Shown: positions 1 through 11,320 of the stretch, piece by piece | Position numbering within the stretch: the stretch's first letter is position 1 | How the letters are laid out: each line of letters begins with the position of its first letter | Assembly: GCF_023055435.1 (NCBI RefSeq) | Contig: NW_025963835.1 | Location: forward strand, 7,378,001-7,442,000 | Source of the DNA: Haliotis rufescens | Taxonomy: Eukaryota | Reading direction: 5' to 3' | Length of the DNA: 64,000 bases | Made by a program: the position numbers and the translations under genes | Notes under the pieces: generated by a model | What the model saw: the letters and a program-made list of their open reading frames with translations, nothing else | What the model was told of the DNA's origin: nothing | The model's database searches: none

Positions 1-1747
1 CAGAAACAATTTAAAAACTATTCCTCTTGTTTTGCATTACATAATCAATGGATTCATTCTTTTTTCAATATTGTGATCACAAGATATTTAAACTGTTTAC
101 TTTATTTCTCCAGGAATCGTAAAAAGTAAAAAATAAAAACCCATGCCATGTACCCCGTTGGTTCAACCTTATACGATTATCCTGATAATTCTATACCAAT
201 AGAGCTTTCTTCGCATCTTTTATTGTGTAATTCTGAGACAAGAAGAAAAGAAATAATAACATAATAATGAACAAATATATGTTGAATTTGGAATATAATT
301 TTGGTTGTTTTGAAATATTCTTTTGGGTATTTCATTGTGTAAATTGATGCCAAACAGGTGCGCGTCTTGTCCAATTAAGATACACGATAAACTATCTAAT
401 CGAAGTGTCAAATTCCGTTTTACACATCGAGATTTTGCAAACCATGAACGAACATTAGGGGAGATATGTATTAATCAAAATACCAGTGTCGTCTTTCTCC
501 GACGTTATCAGAGACATAAAACCAGCCATGACGTCAAATAGAAAGGTGGTTTTTTTTAGGTATTTCATTACATTTGATGATAAGGCAAGTGCTCCATTAA
601 TAATGGTGCAACATTTGTCAAATTACACTAACACATTCAGTAGAATGTTGGAATATAAGGACAAAGACAAAGGTTAGATAGGGTCATCCATTTCTCTATT
701 ACCTTATTTTTATGTAGTACGATTTCTTATGGGTTTTTTTTATAACTAAACGTATACAGTTTCAATATTGATATTTGTGTTGGAATAGTTTGGTTCCTCA
801 TGAACAAAACAACATGAAAATATATTGTCCTTACCCACATCTAATTCTCACCAAGTGACCTGAGTTACAATAAACTAGTGCTAAGCATAGCGGAGTTATC
901 CCCCCTTTTCTTTGTACGTGTGTTGTATGTCGAATGTTGAATGTATGTCGTTATACATACACATATTATTCCATTTGATAAATAATTATGTCGTTCAGAT
1001 ATTAGGCAGTATCTTTTTTGTTCACAGTTGCCGTAAAGATTCTAAATTTAAAAATATCGTCGCACAGTACTTTTATAGGTGTACGATAACACAGAATAAA
1101 TTCTCGGACAACACTTAGAAGTGTCTGTTTTTAAAACCGGTTTAATATTTGCAGTTAAATTTACACCGTCAAATAGGAAATTTAATATTCTCCACCTCTG
1201 CGTAATTCTATAGCTGGAGGTAGATCCAGTGCTGCGTGAGGGCAATTCTTGCACAACCTTCACTTTTCCAATCTTAGGAAAATGTGCGTCAGAAAAAAAA
1301 CTCAGCATCCAGAGTGTTAATGTCATGACATTGTTTTACACCTACAGAAAGTGTCAAATCACAAACTGTGTGCACAACAAGCCATGCTGCCTATTTCCAT
1401 TCTTCCATTCATTCAGAGAAGGGTGAAGTTACTTCAGCATGTAAGTGTATTTGCAGGCATCTGTTCCCCCAACTCTGTCAATACAGTCTGATGAGACGTT
1501 ACCTCTCCCCTTTCCCGGTACTACCTGTACACAGTGAAACCCACATCATGTAGTTGAATCAGTCAAATTACAAACAGAAAAGATATAGGGAAATTACAGG
1601 TAACTTGTGTCCCGATTAACTCAGCTAATCACCACATAACCATTTTGCTACAAGAAATTCTCATTGTTATATCATGTTGATGTGAATACATACTCCTCAA
1701 TGTTCATGACTTGCAATTACTGTTTCATGTGCCTAGCCTGGGAACCT

Positions 1748-1833
1748 AGGGGAAGGGAGGGAGGGGGGAGAGGAGGGGGAAGAGGAGGGGGAGGAGGGGG
1801 AGAGAAGGGGGAGGGAAGGGGAACAGAGGGGGA
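1748..1833 (+). repeat. Polypurine (G/A) low-complexity tract with G-quadruplex/H-DNA potential
   Basis: Many G3-G6 runs separated by A/GA. Confidence 0.7.
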
Positions 1834-2765
1834 TTGATGCAGCTTCATCAGGCGACATGATCCTGGGTTACAACTCCCATGTTCAGCCCTGAGTGTCAGC
1901 TGCAGGGCAGTGTCACACTATATAATAAATCAGCCAGTAACTATGACTACTATATGCTTGCTTCACCCCCATTACAGATTGGATTTACACTTTCTGTATC
2001 CTGGCAACACTATAGATTGACAGACATATGTTCATGAATGATGACAATGATGCGTATGATCTTACTGCATGTTCTTTTTCACCTCCAGGTCAATGAAATT
2101 ACACTATTTGCAGATGCATCATTCCCCCCCTAAGTCTATGCAGTCCCTGAAGGATTGCCTCCTTGTTCTTTGGAGGATTCAGTTAATGAGCTTACCAGCT
2201 CACAAGTAGGTACACAAAGACCAAACACAGCTCAATCCTGCTCAATTAGCATTGCAAGACTACCATGGTAAACAGCAAACTTGGTGTATTCCTACAGAAT
2301 TCCCTGTACATGGCCTCAGGGCAATGTGCTTAATCAAGGTCTTTGAGTCACAACTGATGGCCACACATAAGCATATCTCTGATTGTCATTAATTTTATAT
2401 TGTTGGCTGTGATCTAGTGGCCAGCGCTGTGGATCATAAAGAGGACTGGCATATTGGCCAAATTAATCTTGTCAGCAGAATTAACGAGCTCCCCTCCTGG
2501 GACCAGGTCACTGCGGGCATTGCCCTGCAATAAACGTTTACAAGCTTAGTCCTGATCTGGTTCCAGGAAATATTATTGTCAAATACTGCAACCTTTAACA
2601 CGAACTTAGCGTGCCTTTAACAAGTTAAAATGTCAGTGTTTATGACCTTATAAGCGTATTATGATCTCTCAAATATTAATGTTATTTGGAAATAGTAAAA
2701 AACAATAAGGAAATGCATGCAGTTGATGTTGCATCTGTTATTTTATACATGTTTAGCCCAAAACT

Positions 2766-3860
2766 GTTAACCCACCTGCATCTATTGTCAACCCACCTGT
2801 ATCTACTGTAAACCCACCTGTATCTACTGTAAACCTACCTGTATCTACTGTAAACCTACCTGTATCTACTGTAAACCCACCTGTATCTACTGTAAACCCA
2901 CCTGTATCTACTGTAAACCTACCTGTATCTACTGTAAACCTACCTGTATCTACTGTAAACCCACCTGTATCTACTGTAAACCCACCTGTATCTACTGTAA
3001 ACCTACCTGTATCTACCGTAAATCTACCTGTATCTACTGTCAACCCACCTGTATCTACTGTAAACCCACCTGTATCTACTGTAAACCTACCTGTATCTAC
3101 TGTAAACCTACCTGTATCTACTGTCAACCCACCTGTATCTACTGTCAACCCACCTGTATCTACTGTTGACCTATCTGTATCTACTGTCAACCTACCTGTA
3201 TCTACTGTTGACCTATCTGTATCTACTGTCAACCTACCTGTACCTACTGTTGACCTATCTGTATCTACTGTCAACCTACCTGTATCTACTGTTGACCTAT
3301 CTGTATCTACTGTCAACCTACCTGTATCTACTGTTGACCTATCTGTATCTACTGTCAACCTACCTGTATCTACTGTTGACCTATCTGTATCTACTGTCAA
3401 CCTACCTGTATCTACTGTTGACCTATCTGTATCTACTGTCAACCTACCTGTATGCACTGTCAACCTACCTGTATGCACTGTCAACCTACCTGTATGCACT
3501 GTCGACCTACCTGTACGCACTTTCGGCCTACTTGTATGCACTGTCAACCTACTTGTATGCACTGTCAACCTACCTGTATGCACTGTCAACCTACCTGTAT
3601 GCACTGTCAACCTACTTGTATGCACTGTCGACTTACCTGTATGCACTGTCAACCTACCTGTATGCACTGTCGACTTACCTGTATGCACTGTCAACCTACC
3701 TGTATGCACTGTCGACCTACCTTTATGCACTGTCGACCTACCTGTACGCACTGTCGACCTACCTTTATGCAGTGTCGACCTACCTGTATCTACTGACAAC
3801 CTACCTTTATGCACTGTCGACCTGCCTGTATGCACTGTTGACCTACCTGTATGCACTGTC
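2766..3860 (-). repeat. 21-bp minisatellite (~52 units) derived from the exon/intron junction, unit ACAGTGCATACAG|GTAGGTYG
   Basis: 21-bp period; the first unit overlaps the last 13 nt of the exon and the first 8 nt of the intron. Confidence 0.95.
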
Positions 3861-3979
3861 ATCCATGTACTTCCTCCTGTTGATCTTGCGGCAGTCGGTG
3901 AGGCGTGTGTACACTTCCTCCAGACTCTCAGCCCACGTGTGAAGATTCCCGGTCCCAAACAGTGCCAGTCCACCGCCAC
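3847..3979 (-). CDS. Next coding exon of the same metalloprotease gene (133 nt), encoding (G)GGGLALFGTGNLHTWAESLEEVYTRLTDCRKINRRKYMDDSAY(R)
   Basis: Acceptor gttccag| at 3981-3980. Phase-1 entry completes the family motif GHTALG-GGGLALFG-xxxLHTW with the upstream exon. Donor TACAG|GTAGGT at 3847/3846, phase 2. This frame is not in the supplied ORF track. Confidence 0.9.
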
Positions 3980-4432
3980 CTGGAACATGTTACATGCAAG
4001 TCTAGAAATTGGCTCACTGCAAAAACTTCACCATGAAATCAGTAAATATATTTAAAACTCTTACCATTGGCTTAAAAAAGTCACATTCCTTAAATAAGGC
4101 AAAAATCTTGAACATCACTCAAAGAGGCATCTGCGGTTGGAACTACCGCACTGAGTGGGCGGGGCTTATACGCGTGATCTGACAGGTCAACATGACGTCA
4201 TGATAACACACAAATTTCATTGGTGAATGCGTAAACGGGTGATGTCATGTAAACACCCACCCACGGGGGCCGTTTGACCATAAGGACGTAAGTTTTAATG
4301 GTAATAAATATCCATCAAACAATTCCAAGACTATTCAACAAAATCGTAGGCCTTTGGATTCAAAACCTACCTGCCATGTCGTCTTCACATCTTCATAAAA
4401 TGATACAGTGGAATATCCACAATTAATATCCA

Positions 4433-4606
4433 CAGGGGTTAAAGTAAGGGTTGTAGAGGAGGGACATACATGTCCCTCTGGCATCCAGGGGGTTAAAGTA
4501 AGGGTTGTAGAGGAGGGACATACATGTCCCTCTGGCATCCAGGGGGTTAAAGTAAGGGTTGTAGCGGAGGGACATACATGTCCCTCTGTCATCCAGGGGG
4601 TTAAAG
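4433..4606. repeat. 54-bp tandem repeat x3, each unit with palindrome GAGGGACAT-AC-ATGTCCCTC
   Basis: Direct inspection; period 54. Confidence 0.9.
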
Positions 4607-7289
4607 GCCTGCCAAGTACCATCATCTTCAGTTTTTGATATAAAAATGTAAGTTTTATTCAATATCAAGTCACTTTGTTGTGTCAATAATCTTAGCTAGA
4701 ATTTTACCATTCTTTGATAATGAAGTGTTTTTTAACAGAGCATCGTTTCACACTTTTTCAGGGTACAATGTTAGGTGTATTTCTGTTCAATCCAATGATA
4801 CATTTGCAAAATCTATCATGGATATGTTCAATATCAAGAGAAGAATGAGACCTTTGCCTGATACTCAGTGAGTGATTCATGTAATGGATGCAGGCGTTCA
4901 AAGTTGCTTGCCTCATGATGGAACACACAGTCAGCCTTGGTGCCTTTTGTTACAAGCTAACAATAAACAAACCTCATGTTTCTTGCAGTACTTAGTAAAG
5001 CTAGTTAGAAGAGCCTGTTGTTGTAGTGGCTGATTTGACTGTAGATTAGAAGGGCCAAGGAAGTGATTATCCATTGACCGGAGGCACAATTACTGGCCAT
5101 AAGTCCGTGTGAGATCGATCTATCAATATGAGCCATCTAGGGGCTGCCTAGCCCTCAAGTGTTTCCATACCAGACCTTGTTTGTGGTTTTGCTGGACTTC
5201 ACAAGAAGGAATGAACTGTCTGGACTCTCATGTAAGCCGTACATAGACTCGCAGGTTCAGGAGATCCCTGGCTAAACAAATAGGCTTATGCTGTCAGAAA
5301 GGATATCTCTTTTTGCATGGCTTTGTAATAAACTGGAAAGTCTGTTAACATTCCATACACTTTAATGTACAGCGACTAATCATTAGCGTGATGAAGAAAG
5401 TAGAATAATATCTTTCAGTTTCTTTCATGTTAATGTTTTCTGTTGAGTGTGGGTACTGAATATTAAGCAGGGAAGATGCTATGTGCTGACTACAGTACTT
5501 ATTTATATGAATGATCCTAACCAAGTGAAAATGATTTGCATGATGCATACATCAGCCTCAGACAAGAAACTGAAGGCTTCAATATGTTTTACATGTTAAC
5601 TATGTTGTGCTCTGATCTCAAAATATTGTTAAATGACTTGACAGACAGTGTCATGACCTTACTAACAGGCCAGACAGAGTCTGGATATTTGAAACATCTC
5701 AACAGCATTACGCAGGAGATTATGTAACCCTGTGTCAGGTTTTCTGTTGTGGTGAGGGAATGGCTTGCACATGAACTCCATCATTGTGGTAAATATACAG
5801 TGTGCAGAGGATTACATCAGTATTCTTTCTGATGTATTGCTTTTAGATGTATCGCTCAGTTGTAAGAATTCTGTTTCTGATCACAATATTGTCATAGCTG
5901 TCAACCCCTGGATGTCTAAATGAGTGAGAAGCTAGGGTGCAGGGGCTGCAAGCCCTGGTGGGGGGCGCAGGGGGGCGAAAACTGGCTTTGAATGATTTTA
6001 AGACCATTTTAATGGCCTTAGAGAGCATGTATTCTGAAAAACTATATTTTTATCTACATTTTATATGAATGCGTGAGAATTTCCCAACCTTGCGTGAGAG
6101 CGTGACATAGGTGATAAATGTGTGAGACTCACACGAGATGTGTGAGAGTTGACAGGTATGTATTGTTAATACTGATTTAAACTTTCCAATTTCACCTGAT
6201 GGCTAATAATGTTTGTAGATTTTTTTAAAGAAAAATATATAGTCAGATAATTCCTGATTTTAAGGCCTTGTGTTTGTTCCATGAGCTGAGTTTCATTCTC
6301 GGTCTATGGAATCTAGCTCTTTAATCACCTTGACAAAAAAATGGGTGGTAATTTTAACTGTCAGAATTGGTAAATAATTTTCGGTCTTCCACCAGGATGA
6401 ATCCGTTTTCCCTTCCAAACCCTGTGGGTGTTCCATGTCAGATCTCCCCTGCCTCTTGCTTATCAGTGTCAACTAAAACGGGGATCAGTATTGTACCCTG
6501 ATTGTTACCCATGCTTTCAGAACCTAGATTGTCTGGTCCAGTCTTGATTAATTACATGCCACTGATATGGCTGCTACTTTAGCTGACTGAAGGTTTAAGC
6601 AACATTAACTCACTCACTCATGATAGAAGCTATGTTGATTGAGGATAGTGACAGGAATAAGAAGACATGGGTTGTGTTTATGACAGTGGAAACCCATAGT
6701 GAGCCACTGAATCAAGGAACAATGTGAAGGCATATTTCAGGCCAATGTTGGGCAGCAGAAGTCCTGACCTTTGTGTTAGTGTTCGCTAGACCAATCTATC
6801 ACAATTGCTTTCTCAGTTGTGTCCTCAAGTGTTTTACTGTTACACCTAATTTAGAGCACTGAGTCAATTTGTTGCTCTTATCCCCCCCAAGCTTTGCCTT
6901 ATATTGATAGATGTGTGGTGCTTTGGTCTTTGTTAAAGTTCTTGAAGCTGACACTGCGTGTTTGCAGTCCTCCCTATGCTCCTTTATCATGTTCATAGAT
7001 ATAGATGTTCCATGCTTTATTGTGAAGGTTCCTGAAGCTGTGACAGTGCGCGGTCCTCCCCATACTCTTGCCTCACATTGATAGATATGATGTGCTTTAA
7101 TGTGAAGGCTTTTGAAGCTGTGACAGTGAGCAGTCGTCCCCCATGCAAGTTGTATTTCTTTTATTAGATCAGTGCACAATTTTCCACAGCGGCAGGAAAA
7201 ATTGAGACACAAAAACTTGATATTATTTCACGTCGGAATGGAGATAAAACACGTACAGCCTCACATACTTCGAAACGATGTTCAGATAA

Positions 7290-7580
7290 ATATTTCTTCT
7301 CATTAATTCTGTCATGTGCGTCAACATGGATTATTTTCATCAAGCTTATTCAGGTTGCTGGCTACACAGATCATCCTCTCTTGTAACTACTTCGGCATGA
7401 ACACATGTTTGGTCTCGAAGCTCAATGCAACAATGTTTCTCTCAGATGCATTTTTTCTCCATCCATGACCAGCATCTGTCATAATGTCAATGTCTTAACA
7501 ATCTTCCTGGTCAGTTGATTTCAACAATGTAATACACACAACCTCATTCACGGCATCATCACAAGATTCCTTCGAAGTAC
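7290..7580 (-). pseudogene. Decayed DNA-transposase fragment (Kolobok/Mutator-like family)
   Basis: Minus-strand translation gives DIDIMTDAGHGWRKNASERNIVAL (motif at 7494-7441), ..HAEVVTREDDLCSQ.., VDAHDR, resembling the TDARHGWRKN...HDR motifs of invertebrate transposase-like proteins. Stops and frameshifts present. Family assignment is from motif recall. Confidence 0.5.
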
Positions 7581-7890
7581 CCACCCGCAAGATCAGGATT
7601 ATGACCTTAATTTGCATTTTTCGAAAAGAAATGTTTCCGTGAATACTATTATTAAAAAACATCCTGTACACGGTACTTTTGGATTGCACTGCGGATTTCT
7701 TTTATTACTTTCTAAAACTTTTTGTTTTCCGAGTGGGATTGCTGCTTACAACTGTCAAGAACTTTGCAAGTTCACTTGTCCATAATATGAGCAACAAAAC
7801 ATTTTCATGTGACAATTAATTTGACAGAGAGTTGTTCGAGATTATCAGAGAGGCTTTGGTCATTTTGATTATGACATTGGTGACTTAATC

Positions 7891-8395
7891 ATGAAGAAAG
7901 TTCCAATTCAAGATGACATCATTCCGACCGTCAACTCAAATCAACAAGACGGTGCCTCTCTTCCCGCCCTTGCAAGTGCAACAGAAACTTTGACAAATTC
8001 AGTGCCGATTCTTGGGATCAGTGGATCAGTGTCACAGCAAGATTTCATTGTGGAACCAGATGAAGGCGAATGTGTCTGTTCACACTTCTTCTGTCAACCA
8101 TGCGTGACACAGCACAGGCAATCGCAGTTAGGGAATGATGCGGCCACCATGTTGCAGAAATTCGTCGATTCGAAAACAGTGCACCAATACTTCTGGACTG
8201 AGCAGAATAGATGAAGTGTTCGGAGAGATCGTAGATACTCAGACTTGAAGAAACGGATATTAAACATAGCAGCAGATGAAGGATTAGTGTGGACAAAACG
8301 GGAAAGTGATCCCAAATTGTATTTTAAACCTTGTGCGCAAATTGTATCCAAATCCACGAAACAAAAATTACATGGGACACATGTGGATCCAATGA
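7891..8395 (+). pseudogene. Frameshifted Cys-rich KolX / P2X7-ballast-like accessory protein gene
   Basis: CSHFFCQPCVT..RQ, ..YFW..DRRY..K, then after a frameshift VIPNCILNLVRKLYPNPRNKNYMGHMWIQ* (stop 8393-8395), matching the R..IP.C....VR..(F/Y)P.....Y.G signature. Confidence 0.55.
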
Positions 8396-8813
8396 TCAAA
8401 CTCAAAAGGAAATCCATAACTAAAGTTTTCTTGGAATATGTGTATTACAGTTTTTGTTTATCGTAAGTAAAATATTATCTAGAGAGGCCTAATGTAGGTC
8501 AAAACATCAAGTATATTTATCAGTTGCTCATGTGCATTGTTATGTTGATACACATGACATATTCATATTTTGTAGTCAAGCTAAGAAATATTGGCTCAAC
8601 TTCTGGTGCTTCAAATTAGACCTCTTCCTAACACCAGATGAAAAATCTGTGTAATAATTTCAGTTTTAAAATATAATCTGATGATTGTGTGTTATAGATC
8701 TAACTGTTGAATGCAAATGACCAAAACTAAACAAATATCCGTAATTTTCGGATTGAACAGAAAGAATCTTGTCACTAATACTTATGTAACTAACATCAAT
8801 TTCAAATTTATGT

Positions 8814-9074
8814 TTTGGTTTGTTGTTTTACGCCGCACTCAGCAATATTCCACCTATATGACGGCGGTCTGTAAATAATCAAATCTGGACCAGACAATCC
8901 AGTGATTTACATCATGAACATCAATCAACGCAATTGGAATCGATGACATGCATCAACCAAGTCAGTGAGCCTGACCACCCGATCCCATTAGTCGCCTTTC
9001 ATGACTAGCATAGTTGCCTTTTACAGCAAGCATGGATTGCTGAAGACCTACTCTACCCCGGATCTTCACGGGTC
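8814..9074 (-). mobile_element. SINE family 1 copy (GTCGTAARAGGCGACTA hairpin core, Meta/MESC-like)
   Basis: Homologous to copies at 33141-33432 and 58984-59250; (AAAC)n-type tail; 12-bp TSD tca(a/t)atttatgt at 8802-8813 and 9075-9086. Confidence 0.85.
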
Positions 9075-10249
9075 TCATATTTATGTATCGTTACTGTTAC
9101 ATCAACTGAAACTGTTGTTGTGCTGCTGTTCTGCCGTTAATATATACACCACAATACACTTTGAACACAAATGCATTGAATGTGTCACATGTAAACATGA
9201 GCATGTGCTTTGCTATTTAAAGCGCAACCCTAAATAAGCTCCACCCACTGTGATAGATGTAGATGCCAAACACGATCGATTAGGTTTTTTATGATAAAAC
9301 TACAGAAAATTTATTGACTTATATTTAGCTATGGAGCCATTTGTGGAATCCAAAGTTTGTCATTCAAGTTGATAATCTTGTTTGCGTACATTTTTCAAAA
9401 AGCTTCTCCTGACACTTGGTTGTGTTTCAGTGTCAGTCACTGTTTGAAACTGAAACACCGCCACCTTGATGGCTATTTATAGTTAGGGTGGAGCTTTAAG
9501 CAGACATATTAGGTGAACCGATATACATTATTTCAATGGATGGTTACCTTCACATATAAGAATCTTCTACAAGTGTTGTGGGCATCTGAGAAACTCCTTT
9601 GTATTTGGATACACTAGTTAATTTGTTTTTGAAAAGTCATATCATTCAAAGAGAAAAATATACAGCTCTGACTTTTGGCCTACTACACAGCTCACAATAA
9701 GAAAGGTATATATTTTGTAAATTTCTAAAAAATACTTGACAATCAACCTCCTGCTTCAGAAGGAGTGTTAATTCATGTTGACAAAGAACAAGGGCAGTAA
9801 GGGCCGGCCCACTAGGAACAAAACAGCTGGGTCATTTCAAAAGGAAAACCATGCCACCTGGTGATCCCTACTCTCAGCATGGCGACACCGAGTGCTTGTT
9901 CAGAAGATTTTACAATTTACCATGTGACTGAACTTAATTAATTGTACTTAATGCACATTCAAAAGCGAGTAACTTCCTATTTCAGCCAAAAAATAAAAGT
10001 CAACTACTTCTCATGGAAAAAGCAACCATCTGTGACAAAGCGTTGCCCATCATGATGGCAGGGCTGTCATTACCTCATTCTTTCACATGAAATATGGCTT
10101 GCTGATCTACAACTTCATCAACTGGAGAGTCTGCCTTTGACTTTCCGATCGCAAGATTTGCTACTGTGTCCATATTTTGTTTCAATTAAAAACTCAATGG
10201 CGTCTTTAACTCTTGGCTCCACTGCTATCTACTGCTATGTTGTTTTTGG

Positions 10250-11320
10250 ACATGCAGATAGAAAATCTTGGTCCATGTGGGCATAAGCCCATCGTTGGTT
10301 TGCTTTTACATGACAAATGACAATGAAACAGCCTCTTTCATGTGTCCGATACTGCAACAAAGCACCTTACAGTGTTCTTTCATTTCCTAATATAAGAGTT
10401 TCCAGAACGTGTCACACACAGTGATAGAGCTTGCATTGTAATGTTGCACACTGCTCACTATCATATAAACACCAGCAAGTGAAACATGCGAACAAATGTT
10501 AGTGTCATAAAATATTGATAGTTGAGATATTTATGACAGTTTTTCGTATAGGACACTTTACACCCAACTGCCACGTGTGGATGATAATTCTTGCATCATT
10601 GTATTGGAAAAATGTGATGCCGCACTGCTGGGCCATAGACGGATCCAGGGATTTTGGTATTTTAAACCCCTTCCTTTTAAACATGCTGGATTAGCCCTTG
10701 TGGGCTCCAGACTGAACACTCTAGAAGCCAATACAGTGGATGTAGACCTAAAACAAGCTGGAGAAATGAACTGTCCGAGGTCATGTGGCAAGCAGTCTGG
10801 GCATGAAGCCTCACTACATCACAGTCACTAGTATCAAGTCAAGATGCTGTTACAAATTGAAAAATCAAAAGAGAAAAAAATTCAAAGTCCCATGTTAGCA
10901 TGGTTAGATTCCATGGCATGACAGACCGTAACCAAATTCTATCAAATTATTGACAAAAAAGGCCGACAAATGACATAAATAACTTTCCCAGGGCCTGTTG
11001 ATTTGATTGAATGTTCCATGCAAAGCTGCTGCTTCATGCAGTCATGGGCTTTCAGGGAAATGTTTAGAAATCCTTGACGAATGATGTCCATGTTGGCCCT
11101 GTGAAGTCATGCATCTGGTAGCTCAAGGCCAGACGAAGCGAAAAACAGTCCTCACTTCAGCCACTGAGATACATGTTACCATGAAACAATAGCAACATGA
11201 CCAAGCTGATGGCAAAGGTCTATCTATCCATTGTATCTAGCAAGATCTATCAATGCGTGAATAACCTCTTTCAGTAAGTCACCAAACAGTCCCCCGAAAA
11301 TCTGTAGGACCATAACTTTC
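10250..11320 (+). pseudogene. Possible highly decayed Mutator-like transposase remnant
   Basis: Only scattered motif-like fragments (PWH, FPG, SINA*..SFSKSP); interrupted by the 10634 MITE. Confidence 0.25.
10634..10700. mobile_element. 67-bp MITE with CA.RGRCGGATMCAG-type TIRs and 5-bp TSD
   Basis: catagacggatccag...ctggattagcccttg flanked by TGGGC at 10629-10633 and 10701-10705; same family as 63586-63743. Confidence 0.65.

Noticed and set aside
347-541. MPNRC...FRF...IC resembling a THAP zinc finger
   Set aside because: It lacks the conserved P, W and HF residues; the similarity is too weak.
1-2750. Next exon of the metalloprotease carrying HExxH
   Set aside because: I found no matching minus-strand coding segment by eye; it probably lies beyond the left edge.
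2753-3988. 411-aa ORF with TVHTGRL/TVDTGRF repeats
   Set aside because: It is a different frame from the real exon; the conserved frame stops right after the donor. It is open only because the 21-bp unit has no stop in that frame.
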